Shown here piece after piece: positions 16,755 through 25,378 of a stretch of DNA of 32,000 bases (position 1 is the stretch's first letter; each line of letters begins with the position of its first letter). The DNA is from Pyrodictium occultum (GTDB lineage Archaea; Thermoproteota; Thermoprotei_A; Sulfolobales; Pyrodictiaceae). The position numbers were made by a program, and so were the translations under genes. The stretch is taken from positions 1,410,001 to 1,442,000 of the forward strand of contig NZ_LNTB01000001.1 in the NCBI RefSeq assembly GCF_001462395.1, written 5' to 3'. Under the pieces are notes generated by a model. It searched no databases and was not told the origin of the DNA. It saw only the letters and a program-made list of their open reading frames with translations.

Positions 16755-16884
16755 GCCCCCGGAGGCCCGGGGGCTTCAGTGTCGGTGGCTCCGCTCACCC
16801 CCAGGGAGCGGGAGAGGGGCCCTACGGGGATGCCCCCGGAGGTGCAGGGGCCCAGTTAAAAGAAGGGCTGGCTGCAGGAGCCCC

Positions 16885-18789
16885 CTACCCGGCCTTCGGC
16901 TTGGCCTCGGGCTTCTCCTTCTTCTCTATCTTCACGGTCTCGCCGCGCTCTATGCGGAGCCTGGCTGTCCTCGCGAGCTCTCTCACAATGTCGGTTTTCG
17001 TCACCACGCCGACTACGCGGCCCTCCTCGTCCACAACCGGCACGCCGTCCACGTTGTGCTCGCGCATCAGCTCTATAGACTTGACCGTGTCGTCGCTCGT
17101 CCTCACGTATACGTCGCGGAGCGGCACCGTGGCGTCTATCACCAGGAGCGGGGTCACCTTGACGTAGCGGCCCTTCTTGGCGGCGCCGCGGACGAGCTTC
17201 CTGACCCATACCAGCCTGCGGCTCCGGATCCCGGTGACGGCGTCCTCGTAGGCTACGAAGGGCAGCCGGTTGGCGGAGACCACTCCTATTATCCTGGAGC
17301 CGTCGTAGACCGTGAGGGCGTCAAGGTAGAAGGTCTGCATCTTCTTGACCGCGTGGTGGAGGCTGTGGTGCGGGTGCACTATCCCTATTCTGCCCGGTGT
17401 CATCACGTTCTCTACCCTGGCGCGGCCGGCCTGGAGCCGCGCGTAGGCGTCCACGAGATCGTCCTTGGTTATGAAGCCGACGGGGCGGCCGTCATCACCG
17501 ACCACTATCGCTACCTCGGCCTTCGACTCAACCATGCGGAGCGCTACCTGCTCGATGCTGTCATCCGGCCTGACCCTTGGTATGTCGGTGTCCATGACGT
17601 AGTCTATGAAGTAGCGGTCATGCACCCTCCTCTTCCAGATGGGGTCCTTGAGGCCTATGGCACGTAGCATGCTCCACTTGCTAACCACGCCTACTATCTC
17701 GCCCTTCTCATCCACCACCAGCAGGTAGTTGGTCCGGTAGCGGAGCATCATCCTCCGGGCGTGCTCCACGGTATCGTTCACCGTCACCGCCGGCAGCTCT
17801 GGCCTAGCCACGTCGGCGGCGCTGAGCCCCACCAGAGCCTCAGCCTGCGGCTTGGCTACAAGCACCTGCTGCAGCACCGTCTCGGTACTGGCGTAGGTTA
17901 CGCGCTCCTCAGGCCTAACCTCTATCGGCAGCGCAGCCCTCCTAGCCGGCTTCACGCGGCCGGGCTTCGCGCCCTCCAGGTAGGCCCTCGCCACATCGAA
18001 TATCGTCAGCACGCCCACCAGCCTGCCCGTCTCCTCGTCTACGACAGGCAGCACGGGGAAGTCGTTCTCCACCATTATCTTGGCGGCGTACTGGACCGGG
18101 GTCTCGGGGGTGGCGGCCGGCGCGCCGCGCAGCATTATACTGCGTACCTTGGCTATGCTCTTCAACCCCCTCTCGGACTCGCGGTGGAAGAACCAGCGGC
18201 CGGTCTCGGCGAACTCTCTGAGCGATACTATGCCTACAGGTATGGGCTCCTCCCTGCTCCTAACAACAATCTTGCCGAGCTTGCCGTGGTAGACCAGGTC
18301 GCTCCAGACCTTGTTAACTCCCTCATGCTGGGTGGTAATGTACTCCTCCAGCCCCTCGGTGGTCATAACCTCCGCGACGGTTTCAGCGGCGGGCTCGAAG
18401 CCGGCGGCCATCAGCGCCTTCACTATGTCCGCGACGCTCACCACGCCCACAACAACTGGGTTGTCCCTGGACTCTACCACGGGTACAGCGTATACCCGCT
18501 CCTCCTCCATCCTCTTGACAGCATCCCTCACGTCCTCGTCGCGGTAGGCGACAGGCCAGTCGAGCGCGATGTCCTTGGCGCGGAGGCTGGAGTAGTGGCT
18601 GGTTATCTGTATAACCTCCCTCCAGGTGACGTAGCCCTGCAGCTTCATAGTCTTCTCGCTGTCCACGAGCACCGCTATAGGCTCCTCGTTCTCCCGGAGC
18701 AGGGCCCTAACCACCGTGGCAGGGGTGTCGGGGGGCACCACCACCCGCGGCTTCCTAGCAGCCTCCCACACCTTCATTACGAAGCCCAC
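16885..18789 (-). CDS. protein made of eight CBS motifs (four Bateman modules)
   Basis: 634 aa. Eight repeats of the ...P.V.....V..A...M.......PVVD..G..VGVV...D... type were counted by eye. Lys/Glu-rich tail. A TATA-like CTTTAATC lies about 30 nt upstream, so the mRNA may be leaderless. Confidence 0.85.
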   Translation of the reverse strand: MGFVMKVWEAARKPRVVVPPDTPATVVRALLRENEEPIAVLVDSEKTMKLQGYVTWREVIQITSHYSSLRAKDIALDWPVAYRDEDVRDAVKRMEEERVYAVPVVESRDNPVVVGVVSVADIVKALMAAGFEPAAETVAEVMTTEGLEEYITTQHEGVNKVWSDLVYHGKLGKIVVRSREEPIPVGIVSLREFAETGRWFFHRESERGLKSIAKVRSIMLRGAPAATPETPVQYAAKIMVENDFPVLPVVDEETGRLVGVLTIFDVARAYLEGAKPGRVKPARRAALPIEVRPEERVTYASTETVLQQVLVAKPQAEALVGLSAADVARPELPAVTVNDTVEHARRMMLRYRTNYLLVVDEKGEIVGVVSKWSMLRAIGLKDPIWKRRVHDRYFIDYVMDTDIPRVRPDDSIEQVALRMVESKAEVAIVVGDDGRPVGFITKDDLVDAYARLQAGRARVENVMTPGRIGIVHPHHSLHHAVKKMQTFYLDALTVYDGSRIIGVVSANRLPFVAYEDAVTGIRSRRLVWVRKLVRGAAKKGRYVKVTPLLVIDATVPLRDVYVRTSDDTVKSIELMREHNVDGVPVVDEEGRVVGVVTKTDIVRELARTARLRIERGETVKIEKKEKPEAKPKAG

Positions 18790-19038
18790 CCAGGGATAGA
18801 AGAGGGGGGTGCATGAGGATTAAAGACTCATGGTTAGATGAGGGCCTAACAGAAGAAGAGCAGGCCGGGGGGCCGTGAGGGGCACCGTTCTCTCCAATGG
18901 AGTGCTTCTCAAACCCCTCCCAGGGCCGCCTGGCAACGGGTGTCGCTGCGGAGACCCCCTAGGGGTTGCGCCCGGCGGAACGCTGTGGAGCTGAGCGGGG
19001 GGCGGGGGACCCGGTGCCTCATGAAGGATCTGGTGGGG

Positions 19039-19116
19039 TGGTGCCGCGGCCGGGATTTGAACCCGGGTCACGGGCTTGAAAGGCCCGCATACTTGGCCGG
19101 GCTATACTACCGCGGC
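19039..19116 (-). tRNA. tRNA-Glu (anticodon UUC), CCA encoded
   Basis: The reverse complement folds as GCCGCGG / D arm / CGGGC-CUUUCAA-GCCCG / CCGGG-UUCAAAU-CCCGG / CCGCGGC-A-CCA. 78 nt, no intron. Confidence 0.9.
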
Positions 19117-19213
19117 ACGCCGCGCAGCCCCTTTGCCTGGGGGAGGCCGCGGCCCTTGACGGGCGGGTGCCCCCTGCAGGGTTTAATTAGGTTTAGTCAT
19201 GCTGGCTGACGGG

Positions 19214-20620
19214 CTACCCGGGGCTGATGAGCCAGGCCTCCCTGGTTCCGTCCGCCCGGATGAAGACGAGCGTGCCTCCCAGGTACTCCAGCCTGTCTCC
19301 AGGCCCCCAGGGCGCTGCCGGGAGCAGCGTGTCTACATGGCTCAGCCTCCCCGTGCCGGCGTCGATCTTGTAGAGGCCGCTGTGCTGGAGGAGGAGCCAG
19401 AGCGTGGTACCGTTGCACGCCATTCCCACCGCGTAGCGGCCCGGGGCCTTCGCCAAGAGGCTCCAGCTCGAGGAGGTGGCGTTGTACAGCGCTATGTAGG
19501 GCTCCCCAGTGGTCTCATTATAGGCTAGGATGTAGACTGTGTCGCCGCTAGCCGCCGAGACGGTGTAGTTCCCGGCCACGAGCCTGCCACCATTAACAAT
19601 CATCTCACCCGCGGATACGTGGCCGGCCCCGATTGTTTTACCCTGGCCCGTGAGATCTATGATGCAGTAGCTGCTCCCGCCCCCCTGGGCGACGAAGAGG
19701 TAGGGGCGCCCCTGGGCCTCCAGGGCCTCGATGCGGGTCCCCGGCCCCAGGGCTCTGCACGCGCTGGTTGCTAGCTTCCAGGTGTCCGCCTGGCTTAGGC
19801 TGCGGGCGTAGATGCCGCTGGCGTTGACCAGGTATAGCAGGCTCTTCGCGGGGCTATACACTATGTCGGCGCTACAGTTGAACACCGTGCCCGCGTCGAT
19901 GCTGTAGAGGTAGGCCAGCCCGGCGCCGGTAACGTTGTAGACCTCTATGTCTCTCGAGCCGCCTCTTGCGACGAGCAGGATCGTCGACGCAGCCCCGTTC
20001 ACCGTGGCGCTGCCCAGCCACGTGACCGTGCAGTCCAGCATTGTGGACTCGAGGAGGGCCAGGGAATACCGGGTGGGCTGGCTAGCGGCGCCCCCAGCCG
20101 CGGCGGCCCTCGGGGCCGCCGGCACAGGGGCTACCAGGGGGCTGCCACTCACAACGGGGATCACCGCCACCGGGGTGCGGCCACTAGCGTACCCTACCAG
20201 CGTGATGTTTACCCGGTACCCCGGCCCCAGGGCTACGGGGAGCCTGTCAGCCACGTAGGTGCTCCCGTCAGGGCTTTCAGCGACTATCCTTACCCCGCTC
20301 GAGTTCAACCTGTCGAGCATGGTTATGCTCGAGTCGTTCCAGAGCACCGTGACGCCGGTGACGAGCAGGGCGTCGGCGTAGCGGGAGGCTATCTCAATGG
20401 TTAGGTTGGAGCCGTCTAGGCTCCAGAAGATGTCGAGCGCCTTGGCTACAATCGGGGACTTGGACTTCTCTTTCACGAGGCGGGAGGCGAGCTGGCCATA
20501 GCTGTCGAGGAAGCGGAGGAGGAGGATACCCACACCCAGTATTGAGAGCAGTATCAGCGCCAGGATTACGCCCCCCACCAGCGTGCCTACCGCGCGTGAG
20601 CCCCCGCGCATCGCCCACAC
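19214..20620 (-). CDS. secreted or anchored glycoprotein with a prepilin/FlaFG-like N-terminal helix, a small beta module and a beta-propeller-like domain; paralog of the 937-aa protein
   Basis: 468 aa. N-terminus MWAMRGGSRAVGTLVGGVILALILLSILG. Residues ~50-165 and the C-terminus (GDRLEYLGGTLVFIRADGT) align with the neighbour. More than 10 N-x-S/T sequons. Repeated strand motifs suggest a propeller. Confidence 0.75.
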   Translation of the reverse strand: MWAMRGGSRAVGTLVGGVILALILLSILGVGILLLRFLDSYGQLASRLVKEKSKSPIVAKALDIFWSLDGSNLTIEIASRYADALLVTGVTVLWNDSSITMLDRLNSSGVRIVAESPDGSTYVADRLPVALGPGYRVNITLVGYASGRTPVAVIPVVSGSPLVAPVPAAPRAAAAGGAASQPTRYSLALLESTMLDCTVTWLGSATVNGAASTILLVARGGSRDIEVYNVTGAGLAYLYSIDAGTVFNCSADIVYSPAKSLLYLVNASGIYARSLSQADTWKLATSACRALGPGTRIEALEAQGRPYLFVAQGGGSSYCIIDLTGQGKTIGAGHVSAGEMIVNGGRLVAGNYTVSAASGDTVYILAYNETTGEPYIALYNATSSSWSLLAKAPGRYAVGMACNGTTLWLLLQHSGLYKIDAGTGRLSHVDTLLPAAPWGPGDRLEYLGGTLVFIRADGTREAWLISPG

Positions 20621-20631
20621 CCAGGCGGCGC

Positions 20632-23445
20632 CTAGCCGAGTTGGAGTACGAGTAGGCTGCTCGTGCCATCCTCTCTGACGTGGTAGAGCTTGCCGTCCAT
20701 GTATACCAGCCGGTCGCCCGGGCTCATGGGGTAGTAGGGCGCTGTCACCGGGTAGGCGCTCCAGGAGCCAGCCGCGAGGTCGTAGTATTCCAGCTCGCCG
20801 CCCCGGAGCATCGCCCAGAGCCTCCCACGGTCCGGGTCGTAGTCCATGCCCACCGGGTAGAGGGCTGGCACCGGGCCGAGGTCCCGCACCCTGCCGTCGG
20901 AGAGGCTCAGCGCTAGGAGCCGGCCGGCCTCGCCGGTGTGTATGTAGAGGATCGAGCCGGCCTGCGCTGTTGAAGTATAGTTGCCCGGCGCCAGGGGCAG
21001 CTGTATGGTGGAGACCAGCGTGCCGTTCTCTATGCTGTAGACGTACACCCTGTCCAGGCCCCCGCCGGGGTACACGTATAGGTGGGTGCCGTTGGAGGCT
21101 GCGAAGCCTCCCTCAGCTATGCTGCTGCCGAGCGTTATAGTCTTGTTGGCCAGCCACTGCCGCCTAAAGAGGTCGTAGGGTACTGCACGGCTGCCACGCA
21201 GCACCCAGAGCCATGTGGACGCCCCCCTAACCACCGGGTCCATGGCTAGCAGCGTCGCCCCGGTGCCTGGGAGCCCCGCGGCCGTTAGGTCCACCTGCTC
21301 CGCTGCACCGCTCGCGGGATCGTATATCAGCAGACTGCTTGACTGCTCGCTGGCTATCGCTATCCTGCTGCCCGTTATAGTCACCGTGCTTGCGTTGATA
21401 CTCACCAGGTCGAGCTGCAGCTGGAAGCCCGTGAACCGGCTGACCACTATCCTGACACTGAAGGAGCCCTCAACGGGTATCCTGAGGCCGGAGAGGCTTA
21501 TGCTGAGGGGGCCGCTCGCATTGCCTGCCTCGACGCTGTAGACGGGAACGCCGCCGCTTATGATGGATACCTGGTAGCTGTAGGGGCTGCCTGGGTCATT
21601 AGCGTATACCTCGATGCCGGTTATCGAGATCCTGCCGCTGGTATTGTAGCTTATCTCCACGCCCGCCCTGTGAATGGTGAAGAGGCGCTCCGGCCCCACC
21701 TCGGCCTCCAGCTCTCTCACCGGCTTCTTCCGGGGCCAGAACATCAGCGAGGGGGCGTTGTTGAGGCTGCTGGCCCTCGCGTTGTTGTAGCTGGATATAG
21801 TGTAGTGCCTCCTATCTCCGAGCGAGATGCCTATGGTCGGCCTGTCGCCGCTATACCCGTTTATTGAGCCGTAGTCGAACCTTATGAGCCCGTTCTCGTA
21901 GAGCACGACGTCGAAGTCAGCTACACCGTGGTGCCAGTAGAAGTCGGTGTGCCAGCGTATGACTACCCCGGAGCCGTATTGGTCGCTGTAGCCGCTCAGT
22001 ATGTATATGTCGTGCGCGTCGCCGGAAGTCATTAGGTCCTCCCAGAAGGGTGCTATCATTAGCCTCCTCTCTAGCTCGTACGTGCTGTCACTCCAGTCTG
22101 TGATACGGCTCTGGGATATGAACCCGTTGCTGCACACGTAGACGCTGCTGAGCCTTCTATCGTAGAAGGGGAAGCTGAAGGGAAGCGTATACCTCCATGC
22201 ACCATCATCGGCGTGCCAGCCCATGGGGGTGCCGCCGGGTATGACTCCCCTGCGCGGCATTACCCACTCCTGGTACTGGATGGTGTAGCCGGGCCCGTCG
22301 CCCGCTGGGAGGGGCGTCATTACCTTCTCTAGGCCGTAGTAGTCCGGGTCCGGCTGGGTGGCTGAGGGGTTGCCATAGACTAAGAGGATCTTTACCCGTC
22401 CATTCGCCTGGATGCTGGGTATCTTCACCCATATGACTGCCCTGCCTGCTGTGGTGTTCCACTCCTCCACCCAGTAGGGCAGGGGCCGACAATCCTCCGT
22501 GAGCACGCGGATATCGCTTCCATCGCTCCTAGCCTTGTTGAAGTCGAAGTTCGTGGTGTCGAGCTCTATCCTCACCTGTATATCCGTGTAGCTGTAGGGG
22601 TTGGGGTTGGTTACCGTGACCTCGCGGTAGTAGCGCCACCCGGTGTAGGCTGGGCAGAGCACTGTCCCGCTGGACTGTATGTTCAGCGTGTCGCCATCCC
22701 TGGCGGAGAGGCTGGATAGGCTGCCCGACACGTGGGTTCCGTAGACTATGCTGTAGCCGCTAGGCTCCAGGACCCGGCTTGGGCTGAGCACTGCCTGGTA
22801 TATCCTGGTCGCGGTGGTGTAGCCCGAGAGCACCTGGGGGAGGAGCTGTAGGGACACGGCGGGGGACGTGTAGTTACCGCTCGGGGGAGGAGCCGGGGTC
22901 ACGTTGCCCGAGGGGGGTACGTACCTCCTCACCGGGATGACCACCACTGCCGGGCTCGCCGAGAAGCTGGCTACTATGGAGACGGGCTCTACCCCCGCCG
23001 GCGCGCGTAGTGTTATGTTGAGCCTATAGCCCGGGCCCAGCGCCACCGGCAGCCCCGCCACATTGTGGACTGCGCCGCTGGGCTCCTTGACGGTGATCGC
23101 CACGGAGCTTAGGGTGCCGTTGCCCTGATCCATTAGAGTGGTGCTGCCATCGCTCCAGAGCACCGTGACCCCGGTCAGCAGCACCGTCTTGGGGTAGCTT
23201 GTCTCGAGGTGCACGGTCAAAGTACCGCCCTGGAGGAGCCACCAGCCCTGGATGCTCTGGGCTATCGCCAGCGAGGCTGCACGCTCGCTAAGCATGGCTG
23301 AGATTAGTGAGCCGTACTTCTCGAAGGTCGATATAATTACGAGCGAGAAGCCTAGCGCTATGAACACCAGCACCGCTATGAGGACCATGCCGACTATACT
23401 GCCTACGGACCTATACCCTCTGCGCATGAGCATATACCTCTCCAC
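20632..23445 (-). CDS. giant surface glycoprotein: prepilin/FlaFG-like N-terminus, DUF2341-like module, NIDO-like module, Ig-like module and beta-propeller-like module
   Basis: 937 aa. N-terminus MLMRRGYRSVGSIVGMVLIAVLVFIALG. YYREVTVTNPNPYSYTDIQVRIELDT..DGSDIRV....LPYWVEEW......IWVKIP......LLVYGNP resembles DUF2341. LPFSFPFY..VYVCSNGFIS...IAPFWEDL...VLYENGLIRFDY resembles NIDO. Many sequons. Start is ATG 23445, 23433 or 23427. Confidence 0.8.
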   Translation of the reverse strand: MERYMLMRRGYRSVGSIVGMVLIAVLVFIALGFSLVIISTFEKYGSLISAMLSERAASLAIAQSIQGWWLLQGGTLTVHLETSYPKTVLLTGVTVLWSDGSTTLMDQGNGTLSSVAITVKEPSGAVHNVAGLPVALGPGYRLNITLRAPAGVEPVSIVASFSASPAVVVIPVRRYVPPSGNVTPAPPPSGNYTSPAVSLQLLPQVLSGYTTATRIYQAVLSPSRVLEPSGYSIVYGTHVSGSLSSLSARDGDTLNIQSSGTVLCPAYTGWRYYREVTVTNPNPYSYTDIQVRIELDTTNFDFNKARSDGSDIRVLTEDCRPLPYWVEEWNTTAGRAVIWVKIPSIQANGRVKILLVYGNPSATQPDPDYYGLEKVMTPLPAGDGPGYTIQYQEWVMPRRGVIPGGTPMGWHADDGAWRYTLPFSFPFYDRRLSSVYVCSNGFISQSRITDWSDSTYELERRLMIAPFWEDLMTSGDAHDIYILSGYSDQYGSGVVIRWHTDFYWHHGVADFDVVLYENGLIRFDYGSINGYSGDRPTIGISLGDRRHYTISSYNNARASSLNNAPSLMFWPRKKPVRELEAEVGPERLFTIHRAGVEISYNTSGRISITGIEVYANDPGSPYSYQVSIISGGVPVYSVEAGNASGPLSISLSGLRIPVEGSFSVRIVVSRFTGFQLQLDLVSINASTVTITGSRIAIASEQSSSLLIYDPASGAAEQVDLTAAGLPGTGATLLAMDPVVRGASTWLWVLRGSRAVPYDLFRRQWLANKTITLGSSIAEGGFAASNGTHLYVYPGGGLDRVYVYSIENGTLVSTIQLPLAPGNYTSTAQAGSILYIHTGEAGRLLALSLSDGRVRDLGPVPALYPVGMDYDPDRGRLWAMLRGGELEYYDLAAGSWSAYPVTAPYYPMSPGDRLVYMDGKLYHVREDGTSSLLVLQLG

Positions 23446-23857
23446 CTTGATAGACCACCTTCACGTCAGCCGACTCGGCACCGGACCCGAGGCTGCAGGT
23501 TATCCTGGCGAGAGAGTAGGGGGGTACGGTGAAGCCCTCAACCGGCCCCTGGTCTCCATTGGTCAGGTAGACTGTACAGTTCGCAGAAGTCGAGTTGACG
23601 TAGAGCCTCTGCAGCTTCACCGGGTAGTCGCCCGAGGCTACTACAACCTGGAGGTTTCCGCTAGAATCGATGTACGCCATGGCTATATCAAGCGCCTGGT
23701 GGAGCCTGTTCTCAGCCCTGAGAGCGCTCTGCGATATCTCGTTCATCCTCTCGTTAACAGTGCTGAGCACTTTTGCCAGCAGGAAGCCGCCCACCGATAT
23801 CACTATGAGCGCTAGCAGCGTCGCCGACAGAAGCTCGCTCACACCGCGATAGCGCAT
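23411..23857 (-). CDS. small pilin/FlaF-FlaG-like protein with a class III signal-peptide-like N-terminus
   Basis: 148 aa. MRYRG|VSELLSATLLALIVISVGGFLL is followed by a beta-rich domain (NLQVVVASGDYPVKLQRLYVNSTSANCTVYLTNG). It is the first gene of the operon and overlaps the next gene. Confidence 0.7.
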   Translation of the reverse strand: MRYRGVSELLSATLLALIVISVGGFLLAKVLSTVNERMNEISQSALRAENRLHQALDIAMAYIDSSGNLQVVVASGDYPVKLQRLYVNSTSANCTVYLTNGDQGPVEGFTVPPYSLARITCSLGSGAESADVKVVYQGGEVYAHAQRV

Positions 23858-23898
23858 GGCACGGCCCCGTGTATCCTGATGAACAACATCATTTGCCC

Positions 23899-23906
23899 TA
23901 ATATAT
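23899..23906 (-). promoter_or_regulatory. TATA-like box for the pilin-like operon
   Basis: The minus strand reads gcagcATATATTAgggc about 45 nt upstream of the ATG at 23857. A TGATG-aacaa-CATCA inverted repeat lies between the box and the start codon. Confidence 0.4.
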
Positions 23907-24048
23907 GCTGCCTAGGCGCGCTTCCTGAGGCACTGGCAGCAGGACGCCGCAGCCCCTGCACACCATACCTTAGGCAATGGGCGGGGCGTATGGTGGGGGC
24001 CGTGGTGCCTCTAGAGCCCGGCCGAAGGGCTTGAGGGGGTAGGAAGAT

Positions 24049-24127
24049 TGGTGCGGCGGCCGGGATTTGAACCCGGGATCGCCGGCTTGGCAGGCCGGCG
24101 TCCTAGTCCAGGCTAGACGACCGCCGC
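24049..24127 (-). tRNA. tRNA-Gly (anticodon GCC), CCA encoded
   Basis: The reverse complement folds as GCGGCGG / GUCU..GGAC / CCGGC-CUGCCAA-GCCGG / CCGGG-UUCAAAU-CCCGG / CCGCCGC-A-CCA. 79 nt. Confidence 0.9.
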
Positions 24128-24530
24128 GTCCAGGCCCCGGCAGCCATGTAGTGTAGGGCCTAGCCCGGCCCGGGTTAAGAAGCTTTACGGAGGCTCAGCG
24201 GGGGCTAAGGGGAGTCGGGGCTCACCACATCCCCAGCCATGGAGGGTCGGGCACGAAAGGGCCTCCCCACAGCCCCCAGGCGAGGCTGCCGTAGCAGGAG
24301 GGAGCACCATAATAACGGTTTACAACACCTACGACAAGCATTGCGGGAAGCCCGCCCCCATCGCGAGCGTCTCGGCAGCAACCGCGCGGCATCATGGATG
24401 CCAGAGGAGGCTAGACACACGGCGGCTGGCCCTGGCCCGCCGGCAGTGGAGCCGGGCGGCAGGGGGCGGCCACAGCAGGCCCCCAAGTGGAGGCTCTGGG
24501 GGTGGATGCTTAGGCTCTACATAGCCGGCT

Positions 24531-25202
24531 GTGGCCGTCTATACAGAGCCTGGGGCCCTGGCTCTATACGACAGGCGTGGCTTAGGGTGGGTAAGGGTGC
24601 CCCTTGAGGTAGTGGTTGGAGGCAATGGTGTAGAGTGCCGCGCCCTTGTGGAGAGGGGCCGCAACCCAGGAGTCCTCTTCCTCCACGGGTACAGCTTCAG
24701 GTATACGGTCTGGACGGAAACAGGGGCCGTGGAGGCGCCGGCGAGCCTAGGCCTCTCATGGGCAGCCCCCGACATGCCCTACGGTAGGTCGACCTCATGC
24801 ACCTCAAGAACCCCCAGGATTGATGTAAACCTTGCAGTAGCGGGGGAGGCCGCTCGCAGAGCCGGTATCGAGCAGGCCGTTGTAGTCGGAGCGAGCCTAG
24901 GCGCTAGGTACGCCGTGTACCTAGCCCACTCGGCCAGCGTCAAAGGGCTGGTCCTGGTAGGCCCCGCCCTGGGGAGGGATGAGAGAGCCTGGGAGCTGGC
25001 GAGGAGCGTCAGGGCGCCGGTGCTCATAGTCTGGGGTGATAGGGATAGGGTCGTTAGGAGGGGTGCCGTCGAGAAACTCTTGAATGTGTTCCCCAATGCT
25101 AGGCTGGAGGTCGTCGAGGGCGCGGGGCATGTGGTCCAAAGAGACTCGCCCGAAGCCTTCAGAGAGATACTCAGAAAGTTCCTGGAAGAGTTCACGGCTT
25201 GA
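24531..25202 (+). CDS. alpha/beta-fold hydrolase
   Basis: 223 aa. VLFLHGYSF, nucleophile elbow VVGASLGA, and C-terminal GAGHVVQRDSPEAF. GTG start, with an in-frame stop at 24522. Confidence 0.8.
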   Translation: MAVYTEPGALALYDRRGLGWVRVPLEVVVGGNGVECRALVERGRNPGVLFLHGYSFRYTVWTETGAVEAPASLGLSWAAPDMPYGRSTSCTSRTPRIDVNLAVAGEAARRAGIEQAVVVGASLGARYAVYLAHSASVKGLVLVGPALGRDERAWELARSVRAPVLIVWGDRDRVVRRGAVEKLLNVFPNARLEVVEGAGHVVQRDSPEAFREILRKFLEEFTA

Positions 25203-25378
25203 GAGCCGCCTAGGGCTTCCGAGGCAGTCCCGTACACCCCTCGGAGTCGAAGGCTGGGGCTCGTCCCCGGGGCAGGCTATCAATGGAGAGGGGTGGGAGG
25301 CTCTACAGTCACGAGCACCTGGGAGCCTGGGCACGGCGCCCGGGGGCTAAGGCGGGAGACAGGGCTAATGCTTAAAAC

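Noticed and set aside
23877-23928. Possible C/D-box sRNA: TGATGA at 23877-23882 and CTGA at 23925-23928, 42 nt apart.
   Set aside because: There are no recognisable D' or C' boxes and no terminal stem, and a pyrimidine precedes the C box. The TGATG-aacaa-CATCA inverted repeat in the operon's promoter or leader explains the motif better.
24200-24500. SRP (7S) RNA or RNase P RNA near tRNA-Gly. Also an ACAGAAC motif at about 5588 resembling RNase P CR-V.
   Set aside because: There is no GGAA-closed helix-8 motif (..AGGCCCGGAAGGGAGCA..), no 5'/3' long-range pairing, and no GAGGAAAGTCC-type CR-I at the required distance.
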